A DNA stretch of 64,000 bases from an uncultured Candidatus Rokubacteria bacterium (GCA_963805625.1 CAWDVE010000010.1:1888001-1952000), one strand, 5' to 3'; shown: positions 40,176-50,784, counted from the stretch's first letter. Translations and numbers: made by a program. The notes: generated by a model from the letters alone, not told the origin.

Positions 40176-40358
40176 CGGGGCGTGGCAGGCTCGAGAACGC
40201 CGGTTCTGGCTGCTTGGCCGGGCACTTGGGGCGTCGTGTCCCCGCCTCATTGCGAAGCGCGCCTCTCGGGGTGGGTGCACATCCAACAGTGCAATGCCCT
40301 TCCAGGCGGGGGCCTGAATCCACGCGGAACATCGGAGAATCGCCGGGTTCGAGGTCGC

Positions 40359-40397
40359 TGCACAGTAGACAGTGCACCCTGCACTGTGGACGGTGCA
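40359..40397. repeat. 39-bp double-palindrome repeat, copy 2 (inverted relative to copy 1)
   Basis: TGCACAGTAGACAGTGCA-CCC-TGCACTGTGGACGGTGCA. Confidence 0.85.
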
Positions 40398-40628
40398 TCG
40401 AGGGCGCGCCAGAAGGGACGCGCGCTCCAGACCGCCCGGCAGGTAGATTGACGCACGACGTCACGACACGGCGGGACCGTGTTTCCACAGGGAGAGTCCC
40501 GAGGGCGTCTTTGCCGCCACGGACTCCCGGTCCTCGAACGCCTCCACTAGTGTATAGCGTCTGGTCCCCGAGGACATACTAGCCACTGCGGGTCAGCGGT
40601 GGCAGTGGCCGGATGGTACCGTACACGC

Positions 40629-41258
40629 ATGACCTCCGCTTCGGCGTTCCGGCCGCACCCCTGGCACGGGATCGACCCGGGTCCTCGGTTCCCCGAGCTC
40701 CTCGTCGCGTACATCGAGATCGTTCCCACCGACGGCGTGAAGTACGAGATCGACAAGCACTCCGGCTACCTCAAGGTCGACCGGCCGCAGCGCTTCTCCA
40801 GCTTCTGTCCCTCCCTCTATGGATTCGTTCCGCGGACGCTCTGCGGGCGCGGCGTGGCCAGCTATCCCCTCCCCGGCTCGCCGGCGGTGGATCGTGGGGA
40901 TCGTGATCCTCTCGACATCTGCGTGCTCACCGACCGGCCGATCTCGCGCGGTGAGATCCTCCTGGAGGCACGCCCGGTCGGCGGACTGCGCATGGTCGAG
41001 CGTGGCGAGGCGGACGACAAGATCATCGCCGTCCTCGCCGGCGATCCGACGTACGGAGACTTCACCGACGTGACCGAGCTGCCCTGGGCCGTGATCGATC
41101 GGCTGCGCCACTACTTCCTGACCTACAAGGCGATCCCCGGTGATACGGACGCACCGATCAGCGTCGATCCGGTCTACGGCGCGGAAGCGGCTCGCGGCAT
41201 CCTCGCCGCTGCGCAACGTGACTACGAAGACGAGTACCCGTCGCGGAAGACGCGGTAG
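40629..41258 (+). CDS. ppa: Inorganic pyrophosphatase (family I)
   Basis: HPWHG, KYEIDK, YGFVPRT, GDRDPLD and DDKII motifs. Confidence 0.95.
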   Translation: MTSASAFRPHPWHGIDPGPRFPELLVAYIEIVPTDGVKYEIDKHSGYLKVDRPQRFSSFCPSLYGFVPRTLCGRGVASYPLPGSPAVDRGDRDPLDICVLTDRPISRGEILLEARPVGGLRMVERGEADDKIIAVLAGDPTYGDFTDVTELPWAVIDRLRHYFLTYKAIPGDTDAPISVDPVYGAEAARGILAAAQRDYEDEYPSRKTR

Positions 41259-41267
41259 CGACCGTTG

Positions 41268-41407
41268 GTGCTCCGGCTGAGGACGCGGGGGTGATCCGGA
41301 TCCGACCTCTCGCCGGCGGCTACCACGCCTGGACCGCCCGCGGCTTCCCTGTCGAAGCGCTCGGCGGCGAGGCCGGGCGTCCTCCCCGAGCGTCGGAGGC
41401 CCATTGA
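41268..41407 (+). pseudogene. C-terminal remnant of a rhodanese-domain protein
   Basis: IRPLAGGYHAWTARGFPVE matches the rhodanese C-terminal signature; its TGA overlaps the pyk TTG start. Confidence 0.6.
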
Positions 41408-42819
41408 GCGCGTGGGACGTCCGCCCCGACGGCGGCGACCGGCGGACGAAGATCGTCGCGACGATTGGCCCTGCCACCTCCACCGAGGGGGCGCTGCGGG
41501 CCCTCGTCCAGGCGGGGATGAACGTGGCCCGACTCAACTTCTCCCACGGGACCCCGGAGGGGCACCTTGAGACGATCCTCCGGCTTCGGCGCGTTGCCGG
41601 GGCGCTCGAGGTCCCGATCGCCATTCTCCAGGACCTCACCGGCCCCAAGGTCCGGATTGGCGAGTTCGCGGCCGGGACGGTGGATCTCCACCCCGGAGCG
41701 CCATTCACGCTGACGACGCGCGCGATCCTGGGCAGTCCCGACGCCGTCTCCGTGTCATATGCCCGACTGCCGGAGGCGGTCGCGCCCGAGGACCGGCTTC
41801 TCCTGGCCGACGGTGTCATCGAGCTCCTCGTCCAGGAGGTCGAGGGGTCCGAGATCCGCTGCACGGTGGTCACCGGCGGCACGCTCTCCGCACGCAAGGG
41901 GGTGAACGTCCCGTCGGGTCTCCCCGACCTCCCGATCCTCGGCGAGAAGGATCTCAGGGATCTCCGCTTCGGGTTGCAGCACGACGTGGACTACGTCGGG
42001 CTGTCGTTCGTCCGGACGGCCGAGGATGTTCGGACGGCCAAGCGCGAGATCGCCGGGCTCGGCGGCAGCGCGCCGGTGATCGCGAAGATCGAGACCCGGT
42101 CGGCGCTGGACCACCTGGACGAGATCCTGGCCGAGGCCGACGGGGCGATGTTGGCCCGCGGCGACCTGAGCATCGAGACCTCCTTCACGCGTGTGCCCAT
42201 CGTCCAGAAGGTGGTGATCGCCGAGGCCAACCGGCGCGCCAAACCGGCCATCACGGCAACGCAGATGCTCTACTCGATGGTCGAGTCCCCGACGCCCACG
42301 CGCGCCGAGGTGGCGGATGTGGCCAACGCCATCGTGGACGGCAGCGACGCCGTCATGCTCTCGGAGGAGACGGCGGTGGGACGCCACCCCGTGCGCGCGC
42401 TCCAGACGATGGCGGCGATCGCGGCGGAGACCGATCGCGCCGGACTCTCACGGGCTGGGGGGACGATCGACGCGCCCGGCCTCCCTCGGACCGAGCACGA
42501 CGCCGTCGTCGAAGCCGCGTCCCGACTGGCCGCCCGCCTGAACGTGGACGTGATCGCCACCATCACGCGGGACGGGGAGACCGCGCGCCTGGCCGCGAGG
42601 TACCGGCCGCGGCAGCCGATCCTCGCCATCACACCCCGCGCCGCGACCTTTCACCGGCTGGCGCTCGTCCGGGGGGTCGTGCCCGTCCTGCTCCCGACGA
42701 GCGGCGAGACGCCCGAGGCGATGCTGGGAGCGGCGCGGGCGGTCGCCCACCAGCACGGCTGGGGCGGGCGGCCGGCCATCTTCGTCGCTCGGGACCTCGT
42801 GCGGTGCATGACGGTCTGA
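41404..42819 (+). CDS. pyk: Pyruvate kinase (GPKVR, K+-independent type)
   Basis: RRTKIVATIGP, RLNFSHG, IAKIE, ARGDL, ATQML and DAVMLSEETA motifs. Confidence 0.96.
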   Translation: MSAWDVRPDGGDRRTKIVATIGPATSTEGALRALVQAGMNVARLNFSHGTPEGHLETILRLRRVAGALEVPIAILQDLTGPKVRIGEFAAGTVDLHPGAPFTLTTRAILGSPDAVSVSYARLPEAVAPEDRLLLADGVIELLVQEVEGSEIRCTVVTGGTLSARKGVNVPSGLPDLPILGEKDLRDLRFGLQHDVDYVGLSFVRTAEDVRTAKREIAGLGGSAPVIAKIETRSALDHLDEILAEADGAMLARGDLSIETSFTRVPIVQKVVIAEANRRAKPAITATQMLYSMVESPTPTRAEVADVANAIVDGSDAVMLSEETAVGRHPVRALQTMAAIAAETDRAGLSRAGGTIDAPGLPRTEHDAVVEAASRLAARLNVDVIATITRDGETARLAARYRPRQPILAITPRAATFHRLALVRGVVPVLLPTSGETPEAMLGAARAVAHQHGWGGRPAIFVARDLVRCMTV

Positions 42820-43010
42820 GGACCGCTCCCGTTGCGGCGTATCCGGCAGTCAAGTCGATGCGAGCGTTCCCCGGCGAGCGCTTGACGGCTCACCCGCCAT
42901 TGGTGAGGATGCCCTGGTCGGCGGGCGGAGGCTCGACGCGCCCCGTCACGGTGAGGCGGGTGCGGACAAACCTCCCGTTGGCGGGCGTGGAAAGGCGAAT
43001 CGGCGTGTCG

Positions 43011-44102
43011 ATGGTGGGCGGCTCAGCGGGACGTGCGTGCCGGTGGTCTGCGCCGCTGAGCGTCATCTGTCTTCTGCTGGTCCACGCGTCCGCCCTCGCC
43101 CAGGCGCCGCCTCCGACGGTCTCGACGGCCGCCACCCTCACCGTGCTCGGAGGGACGGTGGACCTCGTGCGGGCCGACGGCGGGCGGGCCACCGCCGCCA
43201 GCGGGACCAGCCTGTCGGTGGGAGACCGCATTCTCACCGGGCCCGACGCCCGGGCCCTGATCACCTTCCTCGACGGCACCACCGTGACCGTCGAGCCGCG
43301 CTCCGAGATCACCGTCCAGGCGATGGACGTGGGCGGGCGCGAGCGCTCGAACATTCAGATCCTCATCACGGCCGGAACCGTGTGGGCCCGCATCGCCAAC
43401 CTTCTCAGCGGTCGGGGGACCGTGTCGCTCGCGTCCAACACCCACGCGGCGATCGCGCGTGATGGACTGATCGGGGCCGAGTCCCGGCGGGACGGGACCT
43501 TCGTGTGCTGGACTCGGGCGGGGACCGTGCAGCTCGTCGATGCGGGCGGAGCGGCCCAGGGCCTCCTCGACCCGGGACAGAAGGCGACCATTCCCGGTCG
43601 GGGGCGACCGGTGACCGAGGCCTTCTCGGTGCACCGGAGCGTCGTCGAGGTCGCCGCGCGGGGGCCCGTCTGGCCGCTGGTCGTCATGCCGGACGGCGTC
43701 CGCCTGGCGGGCTTCGTGGCCCCGGGGATCGAGGTGAACCAGGTGTTCGGCTCGCTGAGCGCACGTCGCGAGGGCGAGACGCGGATCGTGGAGGTCCCGG
43801 GCGGCTTGCCGGGCCCCTACCAGGTCCTCCTGACGGGCATCGCGGACGGGGCCTTCGCGGTCACGGTCACCGGGCGGGTCCGGGGGAGGGCGGTCTTCGA
43901 GCGGAAATGGGCCGGCCCCATCGCGCGCGGGCAGCGTCTGGCCGGCGGGGTGGTCCAGGACTTCGACGTGCGGCAGAGCGTCCCGGCCAGCGAGGCGGAG
44001 GTGCTCTACGGGATGGTCTCGTCGCTCCGGCCGGACCGCGATCCGACGCCCGGCTTCGTGCTGCTCTCGCCCCTCGAGGTGGCGGCGACGGAGCGGCGGT
44101 AG
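43011..44102 (+). CDS. Exported FecR-domain protein
   Basis: Signal peptide; LSVGDRILTGPDARALITFLDGT FecR motif; start approximate. Confidence 0.8.
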   Translation: MVGGSAGRACRWSAPLSVICLLLVHASALAQAPPPTVSTAATLTVLGGTVDLVRADGGRATAASGTSLSVGDRILTGPDARALITFLDGTTVTVEPRSEITVQAMDVGGRERSNIQILITAGTVWARIANLLSGRGTVSLASNTHAAIARDGLIGAESRRDGTFVCWTRAGTVQLVDAGGAAQGLLDPGQKATIPGRGRPVTEAFSVHRSVVEVAARGPVWPLVVMPDGVRLAGFVAPGIEVNQVFGSLSARREGETRIVEVPGGLPGPYQVLLTGIADGAFAVTVTGRVRGRAVFERKWAGPIARGQRLAGGVVQDFDVRQSVPASEAEVLYGMVSSLRPDRDPTPGFVLLSPLEVAATERR

Positions 44103-44106
44103 GGGC

Positions 44107-46254
44107 CTACTTCGTCTTGGCGACCCACACCCCGTCCCAGTCGCTCGCCGGGGGCCGCTCCAGGAGCTCGCGGGCGCGGCGGCGGTACAGCGCGACGGGC
44201 CCGTCGTCGGGAGCGGTCCCCGCGAGCTCCTCGAAGAGCGCCGTGGCCTCCGCCCAGCGGCGATTCCTGTACAGCGCCACGCCGCGCTCGTATCGCGTGA
44301 GAACCTCCCGCCGCTCGGGCGACAGGCTGCCGGCCCGTCCCACCAGCTCGTAGACCTGGACGGGCTCGGCCCGGCCCTTCACGGCTACCAGATCGAGGAA
44401 GCGGTACTCGAAGGCCTCGCCGGCCGCCTGCCGGGTGGCGTCGCCGATCACGATGTGCACGCCGTACGCCTTGCTCAGCCCTTCGAGCCGGGAGGCGACG
44501 TTGACCGGATCGCCGACGGCGGTGTAGGCGAGTCGGTCCCGGGATCCCAGGTTCCCGACGATCGCAATGCCGGTGTTGAGCCCGATCCCCATGTCGAGCT
44601 CGCCCCAGCCGTGCGCCGCGAACTCGCGCCGGAGGGCCCCGAGCGCGTCGATCATCTCCAGGGCGGCCTCGCACGCTCGGCGAGCGTGGTCGGGCTGGGT
44701 CATGGGCGCGTTCCAGAACGCTTCGAGGCCGTCCCCGGCGTAGTGGGCGAGCACGCCGTCATGCCGGAACACGATCGCGGTCATCTCGGTCATGTGGTCG
44801 TTCAGCAGCGCCACGAGGGTCTCGGGGGGGAGCGCGTGCGCGTGCGTCGTGAAATTGCGGAGATCGCTGAAGAGGACGGTCATCTCGCGACGCTCGCCCC
44901 CCAGGCGCAGCCGACGCGGGTCGGCCAGCACCCACCGGCTGACCGAGGGTGAGAGGTAGCGGGCCATCGCCTCCCGGATCCGCCGCTGCTCGGCCTGCTC
45001 GAACACGACGCGGTCCACGAGCGCCACGACGAATGTCAGGAGGAGCGCGGCGGGCGGGAGCACCAGGTCCAGGATGACGCCCGCTTCGAGCAAGAGGCTC
45101 GCCGCGATCAGGTACAGGCCGAGCATGCCGAGGACGAGCAGCCCCATGCCCAGCGGGCGCCGCCCGGCCGCGAGGAGCCCCGCGAGGAGCGCCAGGGCGA
45201 AGATCAGCGCGACGACGGCGGGGCGCGGCGCGGACACGAGGAAGCGCTGGTGCAAGAGCGTCTCGATCGCACTGCCGAGGATCTCGACCCCCCACATCCG
45301 TCGATCGCCCGTCGTCGGGGTGGGATGCTCGTCGACCCCCGGGGTCGTGAATCCCACGAGGACGATCTTGTCCTGCACCCACTGAGGATCGAAAGCGCCG
45401 TCGAGGACGTCCACCAGCGGGATGATGCGGAACGGCCCGCTCCCGCCCGGGTCGGACGGGGGGCCGAGGAAGTTGATGAGCATGGAGTCACGCTCGGCGA
45501 CCGGGATCGCGCGTCCCGCGGCGAAGACCGGACCGCCCGACGGCATCGCGTCGATGACACGCTCGCGCCGGGTGTACCGGGCCACGACGACGAGGGCGAA
45601 GCTGGGAACCTGCTCGTCACCGGCCCGGAGCACGAGCGGCAGGCTGCGCACCACACCGTCCCGGGCGGCCGTCACGTTCACGACGCCCTCGTCGAGGCGC
45701 GCGTCCCGAACAGCGTGAGTGGGACGGACGAACCGTTCGAACTCCTGGGCGACGCCCGGACGCGGACCGAAGGCCCGCGCCCCCTGCGCGACCACCGGGG
45801 TGATCACGTTGCCGGCGCGCCGGAGCGTGGTCGCCAGCGCCTCGTCGTCCGCCCGCGGGGCGTCGAACAGCACGGCCAGGCCGAGCAGCCTCGGAGAGGT
45901 CGCGCGGAGTGCCTCGATGGCCTGCGCGTAGAGCGATCGCGGCCACGTCGCGACCGGGCCGTAGCGAGGCCTGAGACGCTGCGCGCTGCGCTCGTCGACG
46001 CCCACGATCACCGTCGCGGTCGCCGGCCGGACCGGCCGCGCGAGCAGCAGGAGGTCCATGGCGCGTGCACGGGCGGCCGCCATCGTGTCGAACAGGAAGG
46101 CCCCGGTCAGCAGGCCGGCGACCGCCAGGGCGAGGAGCGCGGTCCTGAGCAGTCGCACTCGCGGGAGGCGCCCCGGAGCCGCGCCCGACGGACGGGCGTC
46201 GGACGCCGGCGCCGAGCGACCGGGTGGGCCGGGTGCGGGTGGCAGCGAGGTCAC
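44107..46254 (-). CDS. CHASE2-domain class III adenylate/guanylate cyclase with a TPR-like tail
   Basis: CHASE2 (WPRS, DGVVR, GVEI), 3 TM helices, FSDLRNFT, GDG, GDPVNVASRLE and VKGR; start approximate. Confidence 0.92.
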   Translation of the reverse strand: MTSLPPAPGPPGRSAPASDARPSGAAPGRLPRVRLLRTALLALAVAGLLTGAFLFDTMAAARARAMDLLLLARPVRPATATVIVGVDERSAQRLRPRYGPVATWPRSLYAQAIEALRATSPRLLGLAVLFDAPRADDEALATTLRRAGNVITPVVAQGARAFGPRPGVAQEFERFVRPTHAVRDARLDEGVVNVTAARDGVVRSLPLVLRAGDEQVPSFALVVVARYTRRERVIDAMPSGGPVFAAGRAIPVAERDSMLINFLGPPSDPGGSGPFRIIPLVDVLDGAFDPQWVQDKIVLVGFTTPGVDEHPTPTTGDRRMWGVEILGSAIETLLHQRFLVSAPRPAVVALIFALALLAGLLAAGRRPLGMGLLVLGMLGLYLIAASLLLEAGVILDLVLPPAALLLTFVVALVDRVVFEQAEQRRIREAMARYLSPSVSRWVLADPRRLRLGGERREMTVLFSDLRNFTTHAHALPPETLVALLNDHMTEMTAIVFRHDGVLAHYAGDGLEAFWNAPMTQPDHARRACEAALEMIDALGALRREFAAHGWGELDMGIGLNTGIAIVGNLGSRDRLAYTAVGDPVNVASRLEGLSKAYGVHIVIGDATRQAAGEAFEYRFLDLVAVKGRAEPVQVYELVGRAGSLSPERREVLTRYERGVALYRNRRWAEATALFEELAGTAPDDGPVALYRRRARELLERPPASDWDGVWVAKTK

Positions 46255-46321
46255 TGGTGCCGGGGCTCGGGTGGACGCCACCGTCCAACTCAATATACGC
46301 CGAACGCCGACCCCCGGGAGC

Positions 46322-46561
46322 GAGCCGAGGCACGACGACTTCACCGACGTGACCGAGTTGCCCAAGGCCGTGATCGATCGGCTGCGCCACGACTTCCTGA
46401 CTTACAAGCTCCTGACCTACAAGGCGATCCCCCGGTGAGGCGGACGCACGGATCACCGTCGACGATCCGGTCTACAGCGCGGAAGCGGCTCGCAGCATCC
46501 TTGCCGCTGCGCGATGTGACTACGACGACGAGTACCCCTCGCGGAAGACACGGTAACGACC
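46322..46561 (+). pseudogene. Degenerate direct duplicate of the ppa 3' end
   Basis: Aligns to about 41042-41263 (GACTTCACCGACGTGACCGAG...TCGCGGAAGACRCGGTARCGACC) with indels and an internal 15-bp duplication. Confidence 0.92.
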
Positions 46562-47061
46562 CTCCGCGACCGCTCACCTTGGGCGGGTACGGCGCCGAGC
46601 GCCGGGCGGCAGCCCACCCCGCGTCGAGCGGGTGTCCGGCGGCTTTGCCCCGCGGGACTACGGCAGGGTCGACCACTGGCGTGTCCCCGAGGAGATTCGC
46701 AGGCCCGTGGAAAGCAGGTATTTCAAGGGCTTATCAAGATTGCCTCAGTCCACGCTCCATCCATCTCCTGGCATATCTACGAGTAAGACGAGGCCGCGCA
46801 GGAGTTCTACCTGTCCGACCGAAGACGGGAATGTGGTTGGCGCTCCTGCCAGGCTCTTGACTCGGCGCCGCCCCGCGGTAGAAGAGATGGGTGTAGTCCG
46901 GTAGTCCAGCCGACGATTCCGAGGTACGAGAGCCATGCTCCTGAAGAGGGCTCTGGACTATCCTTCGATGCCCCCGGTGGCCGTTGGGACCATGCGGGGG
47001 CGTTTGTGCTGGGGTGTCTGCTTCCCTCTCTAAACAGCCGACTTGGCGGAGGAACTCAACC

Positions 47062-47478
47062 ATGGCGTCGATGGCGAAAGTCGCTAAGGAATTCTTCGAG
47101 GCCTGTGAAGCCGGCAAGGGATGGGAGGCGTGCAGACAGTACTGTAAGCCGGGCGCCACGTTTTCTGCGCAAGCCGAGCCGCTTGCCGAGATTCGGAGCC
47201 TGCAACAGTATACGGATTGGATGAAAGGTTTGCTGACCTTCATACCCGATGGCCGGTACGAGCTGAAGTCCTTTGCGACCGATGACCAGCGGCACAACGT
47301 CTGCGCGTACGGCGTGTTCATGGGGACGCACACTGGCCCCGGTGGACCCTGCCCACCCACCGGCAAGCGCGTGAAGACCGACTACGTGTACGTGATGGAC
47401 TTTGATGGGGACAAGATCCGGCACATGACGAAGATTTGGCACTCCGGCCTGGCCGTCAAGGAGCTTGGCTGGGCCTAG
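47062..47478 (+). CDS. SnoaL-like ester cyclase
   Basis: GTHTGPGGPCPPTGK...DYVYVM-F-GDKI-HMTKIW; GGAGG RBS. Confidence 0.9.
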   Translation: MASMAKVAKEFFEACEAGKGWEACRQYCKPGATFSAQAEPLAEIRSLQQYTDWMKGLLTFIPDGRYELKSFATDDQRHNVCAYGVFMGTHTGPGGPCPPTGKRVKTDYVYVMDFDGDKIRHMTKIWHSGLAVKELGWA

Positions 47479-47923
47479 CAGACCGACGGCGCCGCACCGA
47501 AGAAGACGGGCTTCTTGCGCGGAACATCGCAGCACGCGTCTGTGCGACTCGGACGACGGTGCGACATCGACGTCGAACCTTGGCCGGGGTCTTCAGCGCC
47601 CGGCCTTCGCTGCGCTCCCGACACCGGGCGACGCCCTTCGAGGTTCCCTCAGGTACAGCCTGGTCGTCACGCGCGGGATCACCTCCGCGACGCTTCAGGA
47701 TCTTCAGGTGTCCCTCGCGCGCCGCGTCTTCGACGGCAGACCGGCCGATGAAGGGGCCTTCCTTCCTCCCGCAGGATTCGGACGAGCCGCGAGGATTCCG
47801 CGAGGACTCCCCTTGACGCAGCCGCTCCGCCGATGCTAGCGTCGCCGTCAGCCTCCGGGGAGGTCCCTCCTTGCCGGATATGGCCCGTTCCGAACTTCCT
47901 GTCCGGTGTTGCGGAGGTGAGTT

Positions 47924-49651
47924 ATGGAATGGCGGTTCTTCAGAGCGTCAGGGATTCTCGGCCTCGTCCTCGTAGTAGCTCTGGTCTTGGCCCTCGCGTA
48001 CGGGCCAGCTCCGACTTTGACTTCGATCCCCCTGATCGGGGCGAGTCCGGCGGCGGCTCAAACGCCTGCGGCCAAGTCTGGCGAACCCTTCTACCTGAAG
48101 GCCATTGACCACGAAAAGGCCAAGCGCGGCGGCACCCTGAGGCTGGCGGCGCACGGCCCGCCCTCCATGTTCGACATCTACGCGTCCGGGACCATCGCCA
48201 ACGTCGGCGCCCAGGCGCCCATGTACGACCTGCTGGTGCGACAGGACCCGCGGGACCCGAAGCTGCCCATCATCCCGAGCCTGGCCACCAGCTGGACCAT
48301 CTCCCCCGACGGGATGACCTACACCTTCCACCTGCGAAAGGGCGTCAAGTTCCACGACGGGACGGACTTCGAAGCCGCGGACGTGAAGGCGACCTTCGAC
48401 CGGATCGTCTTCCCACCCCCCAATCTGATCAGCCTGCGGATTCTGCCCATCAAAGAGACCGTGGTGCGCGACCGCTACACCGTCGAGATGAAGCTCTCCG
48501 AGCCCCGGGACTCGTACACCTTCCTCGCCTCTCTCGCCGGGGGCTGGAACGTCATCACCAGCAAGAAGGCCCTCGACCAGCACAAGGGCGACCTGAAGCA
48601 AGTGGACAACTTCCCGGGCACCGGACCCTTCATGCACAAGAGCCGCACGACCGAATCCTGGGAGCAGGTGAGGAACCCCAACTACTGGAACCCCAATGCG
48701 CCCTACGTCGACCGCATCGTCCACGTCTGGCTGAAGGCCTGGACGCCCGAGCTGGCCGCGGCGCTGCTGGGCGGCCAGGTCGACTGGGCGATGTGGCTCG
48801 ACCCCAGCGCGTACCAGAAGGTGAAGGCCAGCGCCAACATGTCCGGCCTCGTCTGGCTGGCGCCGAACCTCTCCTCCTGGATCGGCTTCAACAACGACCG
48901 CGAGCCGTTCAACGACAACCGCGTGCGCCGCGCCCTGCACCTGGCCCTCGACCAGGACGCGCTGAGCAAGATCACCCAGCAGTTCGACCCGACAGCACAG
49001 ATGGCTGACTATCTTCCGCCGCCGTACGGCAAGAGCTACGACGAGCTGATGAAGGAGTACCCCTACGCGCCGGCCACGCGGGAGAAGGCCATCGCCGACG
49101 CCAAGAAGCTCATGGCCGACGCCGGATACGCGAACGGCATCCCCAAGACCTTCAACTTCGTGGTCAGGGAATCCCCGCAGAACCGACAGCTGGCAGCCTA
49201 CGCGCAGGCCGAGTGGGAGCGCCTCCTGGGAGTGAAGACCAACCTCGAGGTGGTGCAGGTCTCCGCGATGGTGGACCGGCAGGTCGCCGGGACGTTCGAC
49301 ATCATCTCTCACGCCACGTGTCTCGGCGGGGCCGACCTGAGCGCCACCATCCGGGCGTGCTACGGCGTCAACAAGACCACGGGCAAGAAGTCGGACAGCA
49401 ACTTCACAAACTTCAAGAACGCCGAGTTCGACAAGGTCCTGAACCAGTTCTCCGTGGAGGTGGACCCGCAGAAGAAACTCCAGCTGGGCCGGCAGCTGAA
49501 CCAGATCCTCAACAACGAGATGCCCAACACCGGCGTGCTCCAGAACGGTAGAGCGTACGGCTGGCACAACAACGTGAGAGGGCTGCCCAAGGTCGGCGGC
49601 AACTCCGACTACAACACCTACCAGTGGGACTTCGTCTGGCTTGACAAGTAG
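47924..49651 (+). CDS. ABC substrate-binding protein (family 5)
   Basis: [32 protein letters not shown] and GTGPF motifs. Confidence 0.95.
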   Translation: MEWRFFRASGILGLVLVVALVLALAYGPAPTLTSIPLIGASPAAAQTPAAKSGEPFYLKAIDHEKAKRGGTLRLAAHGPPSMFDIYASGTIANVGAQAPMYDLLVRQDPRDPKLPIIPSLATSWTISPDGMTYTFHLRKGVKFHDGTDFEAADVKATFDRIVFPPPNLISLRILPIKETVVRDRYTVEMKLSEPRDSYTFLASLAGGWNVITSKKALDQHKGDLKQVDNFPGTGPFMHKSRTTESWEQVRNPNYWNPNAPYVDRIVHVWLKAWTPELAAALLGGQVDWAMWLDPSAYQKVKASANMSGLVWLAPNLSSWIGFNNDREPFNDNRVRRALHLALDQDALSKITQQFDPTAQMADYLPPPYGKSYDELMKEYPYAPATREKAIADAKKLMADAGYANGIPKTFNFVVRESPQNRQLAAYAQAEWERLLGVKTNLEVVQVSAMVDRQVAGTFDIISHATCLGGADLSATIRACYGVNKTTGKKSDSNFTNFKNAEFDKVLNQFSVEVDPQKKLQLGRQLNQILNNEMPNTGVLQNGRAYGWHNNVRGLPKVGGNSDYNTYQWDFVWLDK

Positions 49652-49658
49652 TTGCCCA

Positions 49659-49686
49659 CGGGGGTGGCGCGTCCGCGCCACCCCCG
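49659..49686 (+). other. Intercistronic stem-loop after the SBP gene (mRNA stabiliser or attenuator)
   Basis: CGGGGGTGGCGC-GTCC-GCGCCACCCCCG forms a perfect 12-bp stem with no U tract. Confidence 0.65.
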
Positions 49687-49716
49687 GTCGTCACATCGCG
49701 TAAGGAGTCGTCAGGG

Positions 49717-50673
49717 GTGCGGACGTACCTGGCCAGACGCCTGTTGCTCGTCGTGCCCACCCTGCTCGGCGTCACCATGGTCATCTTCATCGCCATGCGC
49801 CTGCTCCCGGGCGACCCTCTGGTGGCCATCTTCGGCCTCGAAGGGGCGAGGAGGATGACCGTAGAGCAACGCGCGAACCTGGAGCAGGCCCTGGGACTCC
49901 GCGACCCGTTCGTGGTCCAGTACGGCAAATGGCTCCGGGACATCGGCACCGGCGACTTCGGCAAGTCGTTACTGCGGGGAGACAGCGTCACCCAGTTCGT
50001 GCTGCGTCGCGGCCCCATCACGCTGGAGATAGCATTCCTGGCGACGCTGATCTCCTGGATGGTCGGCTTCCCCGTCGGGATCATCAGCACCCTCAGACCC
50101 AATTCCTGGCTGGATCACGCCGGCAGGATGTTCTCCATTCTGTTCGTCGCCATCCCCGGTTTCTGGCTAGGCCTGGTGGCGGTCCTTACCCTGATACTCT
50201 GGTTCGACTACAAGGCTCCGATTCTGCCCGTGTACCCCTGGGAGAACCCCTGGAAGAACCTTCAGATGGTGGCCGGCCCCGCGCTCGTCCTGGGCCTTGG
50301 ATTTGCGGGGTTCGTGGCGCGGATGGTCCGCTCTTCTCTCCTCGAGGTCATACAGGAGGACTATGTCCGGACGGCCAGGGCGAAGGGCCTGCAGGAGCAG
50401 CTCGTCATCGTCCGACACGGACTTCGCAATGCGATACTCCCGGTGATCACGTGGACCAGCCTCTTCCTGGGCGTCGCCCTGGGTGGCTCGGTCGCGGTCG
50501 AGAAGGCGTTCGGTGTCCCGGGGCTGGGCTTGACCATGATCGACGCCATCCTGGACCGAGACTTGCCCGTGGTCCAGAACCTCGTGCTCCTGTACGCGGT
50601 CGTGTTCGTGGTGGTGAACCTGATCACGGACATGAGCTACGCCTGGCTAGACCCCAGAATACGATACGACTAG
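49717..50673 (+). CDS. ABC permease (DppB-like)
   Basis: EDYVRTARAKGL and LDPRIRY motifs. Confidence 0.95.
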   Translation: MRTYLARRLLLVVPTLLGVTMVIFIAMRLLPGDPLVAIFGLEGARRMTVEQRANLEQALGLRDPFVVQYGKWLRDIGTGDFGKSLLRGDSVTQFVLRRGPITLEIAFLATLISWMVGFPVGIISTLRPNSWLDHAGRMFSILFVAIPGFWLGLVAVLTLILWFDYKAPILPVYPWENPWKNLQMVAGPALVLGLGFAGFVARMVRSSLLEVIQEDYVRTARAKGLQEQLVIVRHGLRNAILPVITWTSLFLGVALGGSVAVEKAFGVPGLGLTMIDAILDRDLPVVQNLVLLYAVVFVVVNLITDMSYAWLDPRIRYD

Positions 50674-50784
50674 GACCGGCCAGCCAAGCATCCCCTGCGA
50701 CGGCTCTCCGCTGAGGGCGCCCTGTGGCAAGCAGGGAGATGCGTGGCCCAGTGAAGACCACCCGAGTTCTCACAGGACAACGAA

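Noticed and set aside
46826-46875. Possible tRNA 3'-end remnant (minus strand ...GGCAGGAGCGCCA)
   Set aside because: No TTCGA T-loop or pairing stem; too weak to call
47500-47810. Short ORFs between the ester cyclase and the SBP gene
   Set aside because: No credible start or RBS and no assignable family; possibly gene debris
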